Made by a program: the position numbers and the translations under genes. A stretch of DNA of 64,000 nt, taken from contig OY781113.1 of NCBI GenBank assembly GCA_963676455.1, forward strand, positions 571,136 through 635,135, in the 5' to 3' direction. Source of the DNA: an uncultured Draconibacterium sp. GTDB lineage: Bacteria > Bacteroidota > Bacteroidia > Bacteroidales > Prolixibacteraceae. Below the pieces are notes generated by a model. That model saw only the letters and a list, made by a program, of their open reading frames with translations. It was not told the DNA's origin and did not search any database. Position 1 is the stretch's first letter. Each line of letters opens with the position of its first letter. Positions 1-10,308 of this stretch are shown piece after piece.

Positions 1-2
1 AT

Positions 3-1205
3 AATTTATGGACGGGAATGTACCTTGCCAGTCAGCTTTACCGCTACAAGGCAACGGGCTCTGAAGAAGCAAAAGAAAATGCATGGGAGGCTTTTGAAGC
101 TTTGGAACGGTTACACACCATTACAGGCATTAAAGGACTTTTTGCCCGTAGTTTTGAAAGAGATTACCTGGTAAAAACAACCAAAGATAAAGACTGGAAA
201 AGAAAAGAATTGCTTTCGGGAAGTCCAGAGAAACTTTGGTTCCATGGTGCCGACCATGAAAACTGGACATGGCGTTCAACTGTGAGTAGCGACCAAACCG
301 TTGGACAAATTTTTGCGCTCACCACTATTCTGGAATTGGTAGACGACTCGCTGTGGAAACAACGCGCCCTTACCATGCTAGACAATATGATGGGCTACAT
401 TGTTGACAACGACATGTACATAATTGACGTGGACGGCGAACCTACATTGTGGGGAAAATGGAACCCGGAATATGTAAATAGTTTTCCTAAAAGCGTGGGA
501 GACCGCAGGTTATATTCATCCAACATCATTGCATTTCTGCAAACGGCTTACCATTTCACGAAAAAAGAAAAGTACAAGAAAGCTGCCTATAACCTAATGG
601 ATAAATACGGGTATCTGGACAATCTTACACGTCCGATTTCAGAAATTGGCCCTTCGGAGGCCGATGAATGGAGCAAACATCTTTCGGAAGAATGGAACCA
701 TTCTGACGACGAAATGTATTTTCTTGCTTACCCAGGACTATTCTCATACGCATTTACTCCCGAGCTAAAAGAAAAATACAAAAAAGCTATTTACGACCAC
801 TGGAATGTGGAACGTCCGGAGAAGAATGCACTCTGGAACTTTATTTATGCTATGACAGGAGACCAGGAATTCGACCTGAACCAGTCCATTGGCTTTCTCC
901 AACAATACCCAATCGATTTGCGAAACTGGAGTGTACATAATTCAAATAGAAAAGACATTGAACTTTTGCCTGAAAATTTTCGCGGACAAACTACCCCTGA
1001 ATTATTGCCACTAAGTGAAGCTCCGCTTTACCGGCACAACCGGCAAATATTTAAACTCGACAGCAATGGCAACGGAAAATCATTAATAAGCGCCGGAGAT
1101 GTGTGGCTTCTGCCCTATTGGATGGGGCGTTACCTCGGTGTTATCAGTGCTCCGGAAAGGGATACAAATCAAAATGCGATTCAGTTAGATAATAAAATGA
1201 ATTAA
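3..1205 (+). CDS. C-terminal part of an uncharacterised six-hairpin-glycosidase-like (alpha/alpha barrel) protein, 5'-truncated by the window edge
   Basis: The frame is open from position 3 (NLWTGMYLASQ), so the ATG at 18 is internal. Motifs LWTxMYLA, SSDQxVG, GDRRLYSS and WNHSDDEM resemble an uncharacterised Bacteroidota/Planctomycetota family. Confidence 0.6.
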   Translation, partial: NLWTGMYLASQLYRYKATGSEEAKENAWEAFEALERLHTITGIKGLFARSFERDYLVKTTKDKDWKRKELLSGSPEKLWFHGADHENWTWRSTVSSDQTVGQIFALTTILELVDDSLWKQRALTMLDNMMGYIVDNDMYIIDVDGEPTLWGKWNPEYVNSFPKSVGDRRLYSSNIIAFLQTAYHFTKKEKYKKAAYNLMDKYGYLDNLTRPISEIGPSEADEWSKHLSEEWNHSDDEMYFLAYPGLFSYAFTPELKEKYKKAIYDHWNVERPEKNALWNFIYAMTGDQEFDLNQSIGFLQQYPIDLRNWSVHNSNRKDIELLPENFRGQTTPELLPLSEAPLYRHNRQIFKLDSNGNGKSLISAGDVWLLPYWMGRYLGVISAPERDTNQNAIQLDNKMN

Positions 1206-1210
1206 AAAAC

Positions 1211-3355
1211 ATGCTCATGAAACATTTTCAAAAAAACAACAATCACACTGGTACAATGAAGCAAACAGTACTTTTATTTGCCATATGCTTATTGCTGATA
1301 CACAATGTTCTTTTTGCCGCCGCAAAAAAAACAGACAAACCTGTTTTTCATGCAGAATCTATTTTTCCTGTACAGGCTCAACATGTGCACAGTAGCTCAA
1401 TTGTTGAACTTCCAAACGGCGACATGCTCAGCTGCTGGTTTCAGGGCTCCGGAGAACGTCATGCCAACGATGTTCAGATAAAAGGCGCCCGGTTAAAAAA
1501 AGGCGCATCAGAATGGAGCACACCATTTACACTGGCCGATACACCTGACCATCCGGATTGTAACCCAACCCTGTTTATGGACAGGCAAAATCGGTTACAC
1601 CTAGTTTGGATTGTAGTTGTGGGAAACAGTTGGGAAGCCTCTGTATTAAAAACAAAAATATCTTCAAACTACCAGAATGAAGGCGCTCCGGCTTGGGATA
1701 AACAGGATATTATTCTGCCAAACCCGGGAGAGATATTTGCCGAGGTAGTTGAAAAAAAATTAAATGAAATAGATGTGCCTGATCGGGCCTGGGCCGAATA
1801 TGCACCACCTTATGAAAAACAGATAAGCGAAGCTGCCAAAGACCCCCGGAAAAGGGAATTAGGATGGATGACACGTATTCAACCGTTGATGCTGCCGTCC
1901 GGTAAAATTTTACTTCCGCTTTATTCCGACGGATACAATGTATCTTTACTAGCCATTTCTGAAGATGACGGAAACACCTGGAAAGCCAGTGAGCCCATTG
2001 TTGGAAGAGGAAACATACAACCTGCGCTACTCCAAAAAACCGACGGAACAATTGTTGCGTACATGCGCGACAGTGGCGATGCTCCGGGCCGTGTATTTAA
2101 AAGTACGTCAAAGGATGAAGGTTACAGCTGGGAACCAGCGCTAAAAATCGATATTCCAAATCCGGGGTCAAGCTTGGCAGCCATAACTTTAACCAGCGGG
2201 CATTGGGTAATGGTATACAATAACACAGAAAAAGGGCGGCACCGTTTGGCTGTTAGCCTTTCTGATGATGAAGGCAAAAGCTGGAAATGGACTAACTACC
2301 TCGAAAATGAAACACCGGAAAAAGGAGGTTTTTCTTACCCCAATGTAATACAAACAAAAGATGGGCTGATTCATGTTAGTTATTCCTCTCACAGGCAGGG
2401 CGACAATACAATCAAACATGTTTCTTTTAATGAGGCATGGATAAAAGAAACTCCGCAGGATATGAGCAATGCCGAAAAACTGGGTTTTCCCAAAGGGAAA
2501 AAAGTATTGCTATTACACTGCGATGATGCAGGAATGTGCGAAGAAGCGAACAAAGCGGTACAGGAATATGCCAATAAAGGTTTTATCCGTTCAGCAGCAG
2601 TAATGATGCCTTGCCCTCAAGCAGAAGAAATGGTTGAATGGGCAAAGAAAAATCCGAAAGCAGACATTGGCGTTCATTTAACGCTTACCAGTGAATGGGA
2701 AACCTATCGCTGGGCACCGCTTACAGATCCGAAACAGGTACCGGGATTGATCGATCCGGAAGGAAAATTCTGGCATGAAGTTCCGGGAGTAGTAATGCAT
2801 GCAAGCCCGCAAGAAGTGGAAACAGAAATTCGTGCCCAAATAGATAAAATGCTAGCGCTGGGGCATACTCCCTCTCACATTGATACACATATGGGAACAT
2901 TGTATGGCTCGATTGATTATGTAAAAGTTTTTCTGGAAACCGCAGAAGCATACAACATTCCAGCCAATGCCATTGACCTTTCAAATCCGGAAGTGGCAGA
3001 ACATTATAAAAAAGCCGGATACCCAATTACCAACGAAGTTGTTGAAATTCTCAATGCATATAAACTTCCCAAACTGGATAACTTTACCAGCGTTCCCTCA
3101 GGAAAAACGTATGAGCAAAAACGAAACAACTTCTTTGAACTGGTAAAATCTCTCGGTCCCGGATTAACAGAAATCATTTTTCACCCTTCCGTAGAAACAG
3201 AGAACCTGAAAACCATTACAAACTCTTGGCAACAGCGGGTTTGGGAAGCAGAAATGTTTTCGGATCCGGTAGTGCTTGAATTCTTTAAAAATAACGGCAT
3301 CCTTTTTACAGACTGGGGAGATATTATGAAAAGATTTAACAGTAAAAAGAAATAA
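1211..3355 (+). CDS. Secreted BNR/Asp-box sialidase-like domain fused to a C-terminal YdjC/ChbG-type carbohydrate deacetylase
   Basis: Signal peptide; HSSSIVELPNGD..WFQG..E and Asp-boxes (SEDDGNTW, SKDEGYSW, SDDEGKSW). C-terminal half has LHCDDAG, GVHLTL, HIDTHMG and EIIFHP, typical of YdjC. Confidence 0.8.
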   Translation: MLMKHFQKNNNHTGTMKQTVLLFAICLLLIHNVLFAAAKKTDKPVFHAESIFPVQAQHVHSSSIVELPNGDMLSCWFQGSGERHANDVQIKGARLKKGASEWSTPFTLADTPDHPDCNPTLFMDRQNRLHLVWIVVVGNSWEASVLKTKISSNYQNEGAPAWDKQDIILPNPGEIFAEVVEKKLNEIDVPDRAWAEYAPPYEKQISEAAKDPRKRELGWMTRIQPLMLPSGKILLPLYSDGYNVSLLAISEDDGNTWKASEPIVGRGNIQPALLQKTDGTIVAYMRDSGDAPGRVFKSTSKDEGYSWEPALKIDIPNPGSSLAAITLTSGHWVMVYNNTEKGRHRLAVSLSDDEGKSWKWTNYLENETPEKGGFSYPNVIQTKDGLIHVSYSSHRQGDNTIKHVSFNEAWIKETPQDMSNAEKLGFPKGKKVLLLHCDDAGMCEEANKAVQEYANKGFIRSAAVMMPCPQAEEMVEWAKKNPKADIGVHLTLTSEWETYRWAPLTDPKQVPGLIDPEGKFWHEVPGVVMHASPQEVETEIRAQIDKMLALGHTPSHIDTHMGTLYGSIDYVKVFLETAEAYNIPANAIDLSNPEVAEHYKKAGYPITNEVVEILNAYKLPKLDNFTSVPSGKTYEQKRNNFFELVKSLGPGLTEIIFHPSVETENLKTITNSWQQRVWEAEMFSDPVVLEFFKNNGILFTDWGDIMKRFNSKKK

Positions 3356-3616
3356 CCAGGTACATATTAAAATCAAATTCAAACTATTGGGAAATGCAAC
3401 AGATAAAAAGAACAAAGAATAAAAACTGTTCCACTTAATTTAGCGAAGAGCATCCTGATACTTGATGCAAAATAACTACCTCCCTGACTTCTATCTAAAC
3501 AATGAAAAAAATACCGTCCAGAAAAATTTGGACAATGGTTTACTATTTGATTCACAGCAAATCAGAAATGGGTTGATATAATTTAGATAGAACATGATAT
3601 TTTAAAATAAAGTACA

Positions 3617-5362
3617 ATGAAAATTAAGATTCTGATTTTATCTGTGTTGCTTTTGCCGGCAACTTTCCAGGCAAAAACACAGGAGAAATATGCTATTGGC
3701 ATGTTTCATTTTAACTTACAGTATGTAGCCGGTGATTATCGCATTGAAAACCGGATTATCAGGGAATCGCTATACCCTGCCCTCCAGTTTTTCGAAAAAA
3801 ATCCCAAATACAAATCCGACATTGAAATTCAGGGATATGCCATTCAGGTGTTGTCAGAAGAGCACCCCGAAGTATTGAAATTGCTAAAAAAACTGGTAAA
3901 ACGAGGACAAATAGAATTGGTAATTGCCCACTATTCCGATCAGTTTTTTATTGGCTATCCGGCGCTGGATTTGCAAAAGTCAATTGAAATATCGGATAAA
4001 ATACTGGCAGAAAATGGAATGCAACGTTCGCGTGTTTTCTTTGGTCAGGAGATTCAATGGACACCTGCCTACCCAAGCGCTTTAAAAGGACAATATGATT
4101 TGGTGGTAACCAGTTCGCAACCACACGGGTATTACCGCGATGAAACCTTACCGCTGGTTAATGTACAATATGGCAACGACAAAATTCTGGGGTTGATAGA
4201 CAGTAAACATGACCTGGATGGACTCACCTGGACCTATGCTTTCCTCGATGATGGAGAAGTTTTTAACTCGCTCGACTACAACAGCGATTTCTATTTTGTT
4301 CCGGAACAGGAAAAGAAAAACATTGACAGGTACAAAAAACTGGAAAAAGAGGGATACAAATTTGTAACCATGAGCGAACTGGCAGAGAAAATAAGAAACC
4401 TGAAAGGATACAAAATACCCGATTACCCGTTTGTACCGGAAGGAACCTGGAACATGTCGGTTTGCGGGCCGTTTATGTGGATGGGACGGCAGCGCAGCGG
4501 TGTGGAAACAGATGGCATAACCCGGGCTTTGTCTTACGATTTACGCGGCGAAGTATTAATGGTGGAACAGCTGGTAAAATATGCAAAAAAACAAGGAAAC
4601 GATGTAAGCAAACTAGACTCACTGGTTGAAAAAGCGTGGCGCCATTTGTTGCTTTCTGAAGTTTCGGATGCCAGTGGCTGGACTCCATGGCTCGTAGAAG
4701 TTCAATACACTGCCAACGAGGTTGCAAATGCAAAAAGCGAACTCAAAAAGGCGATGGATAAGCTGGCAAAAATTCTTCCTGAAAAAAGCCTGCTGGTCGA
4801 TACAAAAAATGGCGTCTCTGCAGGAACAAAAGAAAGCAGCGCAAAAAGTACGGAAAGCTTTCTGCCTATTCCCTATGCCGTTCGTGCCGGAAAAACAACC
4901 AGCACCACAACGCAAATTGGCGAAAACCTGTATCAAATGGACATTAACTGCAAACGCCCGGCCGACGGAGCTGTTGAAATTGTTTTTGACACACCTGCCA
5001 GTGGCATGTATTATTCTGCAGGCGCCGGCGAAGATATTGCCGTTGAGATACCAACGGGGCTGAAACACGATCCTGCATTCTCATTATCCAATGGTTTTAT
5101 TTACCTAAATAATGGTTACAGCCTTATAAAAGATTGCTCAGTTGAGCATCTTGCCGCCACCTGGAAAGAGAATGAAAAAAAACTGGTTTTCAGAGAAGAA
5201 CTGGCTGAAACCAATCCGGAAATGAATATGCGTTTTTACGTTATAAAAGGGAGCAAAGAAAAAGGGCTGGATTTTGCCAATCAACTAAATACATGGCCAA
5301 GTTACCAACTAACAAAATCGGACAATAAATTCGATATTGAAAAAATAGTACCAAAAATTTAA
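3617..5362 (+). CDS. Secreted GH57/GH38-like (deacetylase-fold) hydrolase of unknown specificity
   Basis: Signal peptide; N-terminal GMFHFNLQY, GQIELV..HYSD, FFGQE and a later LLSEVSDASGW motif resemble GH57/GH38 N-terminal barrels. Confidence 0.55.
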   Translation: MKIKILILSVLLLPATFQAKTQEKYAIGMFHFNLQYVAGDYRIENRIIRESLYPALQFFEKNPKYKSDIEIQGYAIQVLSEEHPEVLKLLKKLVKRGQIELVIAHYSDQFFIGYPALDLQKSIEISDKILAENGMQRSRVFFGQEIQWTPAYPSALKGQYDLVVTSSQPHGYYRDETLPLVNVQYGNDKILGLIDSKHDLDGLTWTYAFLDDGEVFNSLDYNSDFYFVPEQEKKNIDRYKKLEKEGYKFVTMSELAEKIRNLKGYKIPDYPFVPEGTWNMSVCGPFMWMGRQRSGVETDGITRALSYDLRGEVLMVEQLVKYAKKQGNDVSKLDSLVEKAWRHLLLSEVSDASGWTPWLVEVQYTANEVANAKSELKKAMDKLAKILPEKSLLVDTKNGVSAGTKESSAKSTESFLPIPYAVRAGKTTSTTTQIGENLYQMDINCKRPADGAVEIVFDTPASGMYYSAGAGEDIAVEIPTGLKHDPAFSLSNGFIYLNNGYSLIKDCSVEHLAATWKENEKKLVFREELAETNPEMNMRFYVIKGSKEKGLDFANQLNTWPSYQLTKSDNKFDIEKIVPKI

Positions 5363-5389
5363 TTTTGTAGCGTAATTAATTAATAACCA

Positions 5390-6271
5390 ATGATGAATTT
5401 ATTTCAGAAAAATTTAGCAAAAGTCCGCTTTGCCGGCTTGTTTATTTCATTAACCCTCTTTCTGGCAGCGTGCCAAACGCAACAACCTGTAGATAAAATA
5501 CTGGAGAAGTTCCACAATCCGGAATCCGGTTATGTAATGGTTTCGGCGCACCGGGCCGGGCACAACGGGAACCCGGAGAATTCCATTGCTGCCATACAAC
5601 ATGCCATTGATGTAGGAGTTGATTTTGTTGAGCTGGATGTAAAAGTAACAACCGACGGCATTGTTGTTTTAAACCACGACCGCACTATTAACCGCACCAC
5701 AACAGGCACCGGCGATCCGGAAGAGTACTCTTGGGAAGAACTTCAGAAGTTCAAAGTTAAATTACCCGACGGAACCATTACCGATAAACCGCTGGCAACT
5801 TTTGAGGATGCGCTAAACCTCGTAAAGGGAAAAGTAATGGTTGACATTGACCTGAAAACATCGAACCTGCAACCGGTGATGGATTTGGTAGAAAAAACCA
5901 ACACACTAAAGCAGGTTATCTTTTTTGACAGCGATTTTGAGATTCTAAAGGAAGTGTTAAAACTAAATCCCAACGCCATGGTTATGCCACGTGCGCATTC
6001 GTATGAAACAGCTGATTCGGCGCTGCAAATTTTTAGTCCGCCCGTTGTACATATCGACGACTCTTTCTATACGGAAAAGGTAACTAGCCTGATAACCGGG
6101 AAAGGAGCCCGTACCTGGATAAATGCCTTGGGCGACCAGGATGATATTATCCGCGCAGGGAATACAGAACAAGCTGTAAACAATGTGCTAAAATTTGGCG
6201 CCAACGTTGTTCAAACTGACGAGCCGGAAATACTGATTCCCTACTTAAAATCAAAAGGACTGCGAAACTAG
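5390..6271 (+). CDS. Glycerophosphodiester phosphodiesterase family lipoprotein
   Basis: Lipobox FLAAC; SAHRAG..PENS, VELDVKVTTDG..VLNHD and C-terminal VVQTDEP motifs. Confidence 0.9.
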   Translation: MMNLFQKNLAKVRFAGLFISLTLFLAACQTQQPVDKILEKFHNPESGYVMVSAHRAGHNGNPENSIAAIQHAIDVGVDFVELDVKVTTDGIVVLNHDRTINRTTTGTGDPEEYSWEELQKFKVKLPDGTITDKPLATFEDALNLVKGKVMVDIDLKTSNLQPVMDLVEKTNTLKQVIFFDSDFEILKEVLKLNPNAMVMPRAHSYETADSALQIFSPPVVHIDDSFYTEKVTSLITGKGARTWINALGDQDDIIRAGNTEQAVNNVLKFGANVVQTDEPEILIPYLKSKGLRN

Positions 6272-6291
6272 AAGCAATCTTTTTCATTACT

Positions 6292-6336
6292 AAAAAAGCA
6301 TCTTTCTTGGCACAACAAAAAGAAGGATGCTTTTTT
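6292..6336 (+). terminator. Intrinsic (probably bidirectional) terminator
   Basis: AAAAAAGCATCTTTCTT...AAGAAGGATGCTTTTTT inverted repeat about 20 bp after the GDPD stop codon. Confidence 0.85.
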
Positions 6337-6586
6337 ATTGATCAAAAATTGAATGACTCTCGTCCCTACGTCAAAAACAAAAATAGCAGAGGCGCTACCA
6401 TCGGGCTACATTAAATTAGACTTTCAGTCAGAAATGGCATTTACGTATAGGTTGTTTCCCGCTCAATGTAACGCATCGAGAATACTCATTACCAGCAAAC
6501 TATTGACTCTTTTTGAAATTATGTTTAATTTAGATAGATAAAACGGCTTAATAGTGATAATAAAACTCTAACAAAAACCAAAAAAT

Positions 6587-8440
6587 ATGAAACTTGAAAA
6601 AATCCTCGACAACATTAATTCTCTTGAAAAAAATTCATTCTTAAAGATAATTGATAACATTAAATCCTGTAATCCTAAAAACAGTAAAGAAATAGACAAA
6701 ATTCTATCTGATAGCAGCAATAACCTAAAAAGTGTTGACAGCATTAATATCGTCAAAGTTTTCGATTTAGTAAAAGATGAGTTTGCAGAAACGATTAAAG
6801 CAGAGTTTGTAAATACAACATCTCAATTAGACATTTTAGTTGATATAATCATAAAAGATGGCAATAACATATTAAAACAAAATTGGTTCGCCCGGCTTTA
6901 CGAAAAAGAATTAGACAAAATAAAAAAGAAAACAAGAGAGCTAAAAACTCAACTTGACTCTGATAAATCAGAAATTGAGGAATTAAGAAAACGCGATTAT
7001 CTAATTTATAAAGCATGCGTAGAAACCGCATACAATAACGATTATGCCAACAACAGAGATTCAAAAATTACCGATGATGAATTAACAATTCTATTAACCT
7101 TAACGAATCAATTAGAGTTATCACAAGAGGAAGTAAAATTAATTAATTACCTAATTATTCCACCTCAAAAAACAGATATTGATAATGTAACAACATTCCT
7201 TAAAAATATTGGAGTAATATTTTATTCTAAGAAAAACAACCTGATTTATGTCGCCGATGAAGTTGTTCGTGTTTTGCGAAAAATCAGGAAAAAAGAAATC
7301 GCTGACAAATATTTTAGGCGTGTGCTAAAAACATTAAAAGAACCGCAAATTAATCTTATTTGCAAAAAGCATAACATTGATATAAAAGAACTTGACTATG
7401 AATCTAAAATTAAACAAATCATTAAAGAAGGAATTTCATTTTCAAATTTACTTAAAAGTAGTATTCATAAAGACGGAACTAATTTAACCGACAGAAAAAA
7501 AGTAGTTAATGATATTTGGACTAAAGGTTTAAAAGTTCCAACAAACTTGAAAGGAGTAACCTTGGAAGAAAAGATTGAAAATATAATTAGCTATTTCAAT
7601 GAAATTGAACTTGATGAAAAAGTGGGTATTTCTGTAGAAGGTTATGAAAAGCTACTTTTAGAAATGAATGATGAATTAAAGTCATTTAGAAAATTAGTGC
7701 TGAATGAATTTGAAATGCCCGAAGAAACTATTTTGAACAGCAGCACTCTTTTAGACTTCAACATCAAACCTCGGGATATTCTTGACATTTTACCGACAGA
7801 AGACCTTAGAGCTTTTATTGCTGCCAAAGAATTAAAATCGAGGGGAGATTTAGTTCTTAATATTTTAGATGCTTATAAAGATGCAGAAAACTTACTAATT
7901 GAGAACTACGTTGCAATTGGCTTTCGAAATTTGAATTTATTAAAAGAGAATGGTATCTCTATTAAAGAAAGCGAACTAGGATTAAAATTTGAATGCCTTA
8001 CCCAAAAAATATTTGAGCAACTAGGATTCAATGTTGATGAATCATTAAAGAAAAAACTGAACACCGCTAAAAACAAAATTGACTTAGTTTTAAATTTAGG
8101 CAACGATGATATAATAATTATAGAATGTAAAACAGTTAAAGAAAGCGGATATAATAAATTTAGCTCTGTTTCAAGACAAATAAAATCGTACGTTGACACA
8201 GCAAAAAAAGAAGGTTTTAATGTTGTAAAATCTTTACTTGTGGCACCAGATTTTAGCGATGAATTTGTCAACGATTGCGATTTGGAATTTGAAATAAATT
8301 TATCATTAATTACCGCGGAGTCGTTAGTAAATATACTTGACGGATTCAGAGAATCGAAGCATAAACAGTTCCCGTATCAATTACTAATGAAAGACGTTTT
8401 AATAAAAGAAGAAAGAGTATTGAAAGCAATAAAGAAATAA
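6587..8440 (+). CDS. Large helical protein with C-terminal Mrr-like PD-(D/E)xK restriction-endonuclease domain
   Basis: C-terminus FECLTQKIFEQLGF..KIDLVL..IIIECKT..RQIKSY..LLVAPDF matches the Mrr_cat-type nuclease pattern. The N-terminal ~450 aa are unassigned. Confidence 0.7.
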   Translation: MKLEKILDNINSLEKNSFLKIIDNIKSCNPKNSKEIDKILSDSSNNLKSVDSINIVKVFDLVKDEFAETIKAEFVNTTSQLDILVDIIIKDGNNILKQNWFARLYEKELDKIKKKTRELKTQLDSDKSEIEELRKRDYLIYKACVETAYNNDYANNRDSKITDDELTILLTLTNQLELSQEEVKLINYLIIPPQKTDIDNVTTFLKNIGVIFYSKKNNLIYVADEVVRVLRKIRKKEIADKYFRRVLKTLKEPQINLICKKHNIDIKELDYESKIKQIIKEGISFSNLLKSSIHKDGTNLTDRKKVVNDIWTKGLKVPTNLKGVTLEEKIENIISYFNEIELDEKVGISVEGYEKLLLEMNDELKSFRKLVLNEFEMPEETILNSSTLLDFNIKPRDILDILPTEDLRAFIAAKELKSRGDLVLNILDAYKDAENLLIENYVAIGFRNLNLLKENGISIKESELGLKFECLTQKIFEQLGFNVDESLKKKLNTAKNKIDLVLNLGNDDIIIIECKTVKESGYNKFSSVSRQIKSYVDTAKKEGFNVVKSLLVAPDFSDEFVNDCDLEFEINLSLITAESLVNILDGFRESKHKQFPYQLLMKDVLIKEERVLKAIKK

Positions 8441-8624
8441 AAGCAAGCATAACAAATATGACAGAAATATTGCAACCAAAGTTTACCAATTCAGCAAAAC
8501 AATAATTTAGATGGACTCCAATGCCTTTGAAATTTTATCGGGAATTTATACTCAATAAAAAGCGAATTACAATATCAAATATATTATTGCTAATTTAACC
8601 GCATGTCGAAACATTTATAAAGTC

Positions 8625-9209
8625 ATGACAAAAAATCTTCTGAAAATATTGCTTTTTTTATTGACTTTTAACCCTGCTTTGGGGCAAACAAATTTTTACG
8701 ACCAACTTGCAGACTCTGCATTAACATTGACCAAACAGAGAGTTCAGTACGATCCTGGATATTTTCAGATTGACTACCCCAATGGAGATGTTCCTGCTGG
8801 CAAGGGAGTTTGCACTGATGTTGTAATTAGGGCATACAGAAAGTTAGGAATCGATTTACAAAAAGAGGTACATGAAGATATGATTACCAACTTTGACAAA
8901 TATCCTAAAAATTGGGGTTTGAGTCATACAGACAAAAACATTGACCACAGACGCGTTCCAAACCTCATGACATTTTTCGCAAGGAATGGAATAGAAAAAA
9001 AGCGAACGAACGATGCAAAAGACTATCAGCCAGGAGATATTGTTTGCTGGAATTTGAAAGGTGGAATTACACACATCGGAATTGTAAGTCGCAAAAAATC
9101 TGCAGACGGATTGCGAAATCGGATCATCCATAATATTGGGAATGGTCAGGTTCTTGAGGATTGTTTGTTTCGATTCAAAATAATTGGCCATTATAAATAT
9201 GGGAAGTAG
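8625..9209 (+). CDS. DUF1287 (YijF-like) secreted protein
   Basis: YDPGYFQIDYPNGDVP..GVCTDVVIRA, NIDHRRVPNL, PGDIVCW and HIGIVS motifs. Confidence 0.85.
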   Translation: MTKNLLKILLFLLTFNPALGQTNFYDQLADSALTLTKQRVQYDPGYFQIDYPNGDVPAGKGVCTDVVIRAYRKLGIDLQKEVHEDMITNFDKYPKNWGLSHTDKNIDHRRVPNLMTFFARNGIEKKRTNDAKDYQPGDIVCWNLKGGITHIGIVSRKKSADGLRNRIIHNIGNGQVLEDCLFRFKIIGHYKYGK

Positions 9210-9252
9210 CACTTGGGTACGATTATGTCTCCCAAAAAACGGGTAAAAACGA

Positions 9253-10056
9253 ATGAAAGAAACCAAAAGAAAAGGAGCACTTTCAACAAAAGATATTCCA
9301 ACAGAAATTCTGGAGCAACTAAATAGCGGACAAATTGAAACCGTAAACCTTGTTGAATGGCTAGCTGTTGACCAACGACTTTTGCTTGAAAATCTATTAA
9401 TCCAATTCGATAGGACTAACTATTTGAAACCAATATTGGCCAACATTGAAGCCTTGAAAAAGCAAACTGTAAATACAATAAATGAAGCTATTGGGATTGG
9501 ACTTTTTGAACAAACAGCCCAAAATAATGACAATGAATTTTTAGAAATAATATCTCATCACAAAGCCGACCTCGTACGTTGTTGGGTGACCTATACAATA
9601 GGAAAAAACAAAGAATTGAGCATAACTGAAACATTGAAACAAATTCAGCCATTTTCGGCCGACAAGCATTTTGGAGTACGAGAAATTTCATGGTTAGCTG
9701 TAAGACCCAAAATAGCTCAGAACCTAAAAGAAAGCATTGAAATACTCTCTCAATGGACAACAAATGACGACGAAAATATAAGAAGATTTACCACAGAATC
9801 AACAAGACCTCGCGGAGTTTGGTGCGAACACATTGAAGAGTTGAAACAAAACCCGGAACAAGGGTTGGCAATATTGGAAGCATTAAAATCTGACAAGAAA
9901 AAATATGTTCAAGACAGCGTTGGAAATTGGTTAAACGATGCAAGCAAATCCCAACCCGAATTTGTAAAAAAACTATGCCAGCGTTGGAAAAAAGAAAGCA
10001 ACACAAAAGAAACAAAGTACATTCTAAACAAAGCACTGAGAACGATAAATAAATAA
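9253..10056 (+). CDS. DNA alkylation repair protein (AlkD/YhaZ-like HEAT repeat)
   Basis: HFGVREISW, RRFTTESTRPRGVW and YVQDSVGNWLNDASK motifs. Confidence 0.85.
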   Translation: MKETKRKGALSTKDIPTEILEQLNSGQIETVNLVEWLAVDQRLLLENLLIQFDRTNYLKPILANIEALKKQTVNTINEAIGIGLFEQTAQNNDNEFLEIISHHKADLVRCWVTYTIGKNKELSITETLKQIQPFSADKHFGVREISWLAVRPKIAQNLKESIEILSQWTTNDDENIRRFTTESTRPRGVWCEHIEELKQNPEQGLAILEALKSDKKKYVQDSVGNWLNDASKSQPEFVKKLCQRWKKESNTKETKYILNKALRTINK

Positions 10057-10308
10057 GCATACCTCATTAATAGATAATATTTTTTAATTTCCGGGTAACA
10101 TTTGGGATATAGAATGCACCTATATATAAAACTGTGGCCCGTAAAGAAATCCATAACTGCAACTCTAGGGAGGCAAACGATTCAAAAGCAACCCATTCGT
10201 ATAGATGATGTTGTAAATAAAATGAATGCCCAATGTCAACAAAAGCAAGGATAGAAATTTGTTGCTCTTATTTTTGCTACACTTTGGAGTAACCAGAACA
10301 AATGTAAA

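Noticed and set aside
6353-6541. 62-aa ORF after the terminator
   Set aside because: Short, no motif, and no supporting start context; probably intergenic.
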